From Eledone cirrhosa (lineage: Eukaryota), in NCBI GenBank assembly GCA_964016885.1, contig OZ024740.1:236964001-237028000 (forward strand): a stretch of DNA of 64,000 nucleotides, in the 5' to 3' direction. This document shows positions 63,195 to 64,000 of the stretch, piece after piece. Made by a program: the position numbers and the translations under genes. Within the stretch, counting starts at the first letter, position 1; the number at the start of each line of letters is the position of its first letter. The notes under the pieces are model-generated. The model did not search any database. It worked only from the letters and a program-made list of their open reading frames with translations, and was not told where the DNA came from.

Positions 63195-63723
63195 AATAAT
63201 AATTGTTTCTACTTTTGGCACAAGGCCAGCAATTACCCAGTACATTACTGGTACTTTATTTTATCGACCCCGTAAGGATGAAAGGCAAAGTTAACCTTGG
63301 CGGGATTTGAACTCAGACCATAAAGGGAAATAACTATGCTGGAAAGCATGGCGTCTGACCCTCTACCAATTCACCATAATAATAATAATATACTATTACT
63401 CATATATTTTATTATATATAAAGTTAGAGTAGTTTTGATGTATCAAAAAGCCAATGGATTCATTGTATCCTACTTTAATTACAAAAAACAATAATTTATT
63501 AATTAAAAAAGTATGTAAAAAATAACTTTATGTGGTCTAATAATTGTTTCTACCTTTGGCACAAGGCCAGCAATTATCCAGTACATTACTGGTACTTTAT
63601 TTTATCGACCCCGCAAGGATGAAAGGCAAAGTCAACCTCGGCGGGATTTGAACTCAGATCGAAAAGGGACGTAACTATGCTGGAAAGCATGGCGTCCGAC
63701 CCTCTACCGATACTGCCAATCCA
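63195..63723 (-). mobile_element. Two family-A SINEs (63195-63377, 63539-63723)
   Basis: The second copy has the TSD atgtggtctaataat. Confidence 0.9.
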
Positions 63724-64000
63724 TGTGGTCTAATAATATCTGCTAACAAAAGTTTAATGATATGCAAATTTTATAACAAATGTGTATGTAAGATACCCTT
63801 CTAGTACCAGCCTAAATCTTCTCAACTCAGTGAAGGTAGTACATACTTAGGATGACTGAATCAATATCTAAATTGAAATTGACCATTTAGCCATCAGTAC
63901 TCAATATAAATTAATATAATACAAATCAATCAATTATTAAAATTAGTTTTAAATGGACTGAAACCAAGTTGTATTTCTAATACACCAGAGTAAAAGATTT

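Overview
AT-rich, repeat-saturated animal genomic DNA. The tRNA-derived CORE-type SINEs, RTE LINEs ending in (ATG)n and long (TA)n arrays suggest a coleoid cephalopod, probably Octopus (inference). No long host-gene ORF is present. Two tiny, phase-compatible minus-strand exon candidates (55122-55165 and 43681-43729) suggest the window is mostly intron of a large unidentified gene. The rest is LINE relics (RTE with an embedded PHD finger, I-group with RNase H, Tx1/L1, R4/Dong-like), two SINE superfamilies, hAT and piggyBac MITEs, and minisatellites. The main unexpected signal is a set of minimal type I hammerhead ribozymes: 45280-45324 (-), 25819-25861 (+), 25184-25308 (+) and a weaker one at about 34263-34293 (-). 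The first three lie in short non-coding, CpG-retaining elements. Two of these elements are diverged homologues that share an octamer plus TATA-like module upstream of the ribozyme and covarying hairpins. One is a 466-bp monomer with a 118-bp terminal redundancy. Together they look like a retrozyme or newt-satellite-2-like family. All coordinates were read by eye; boundaries of degenerate repeats are approximate.
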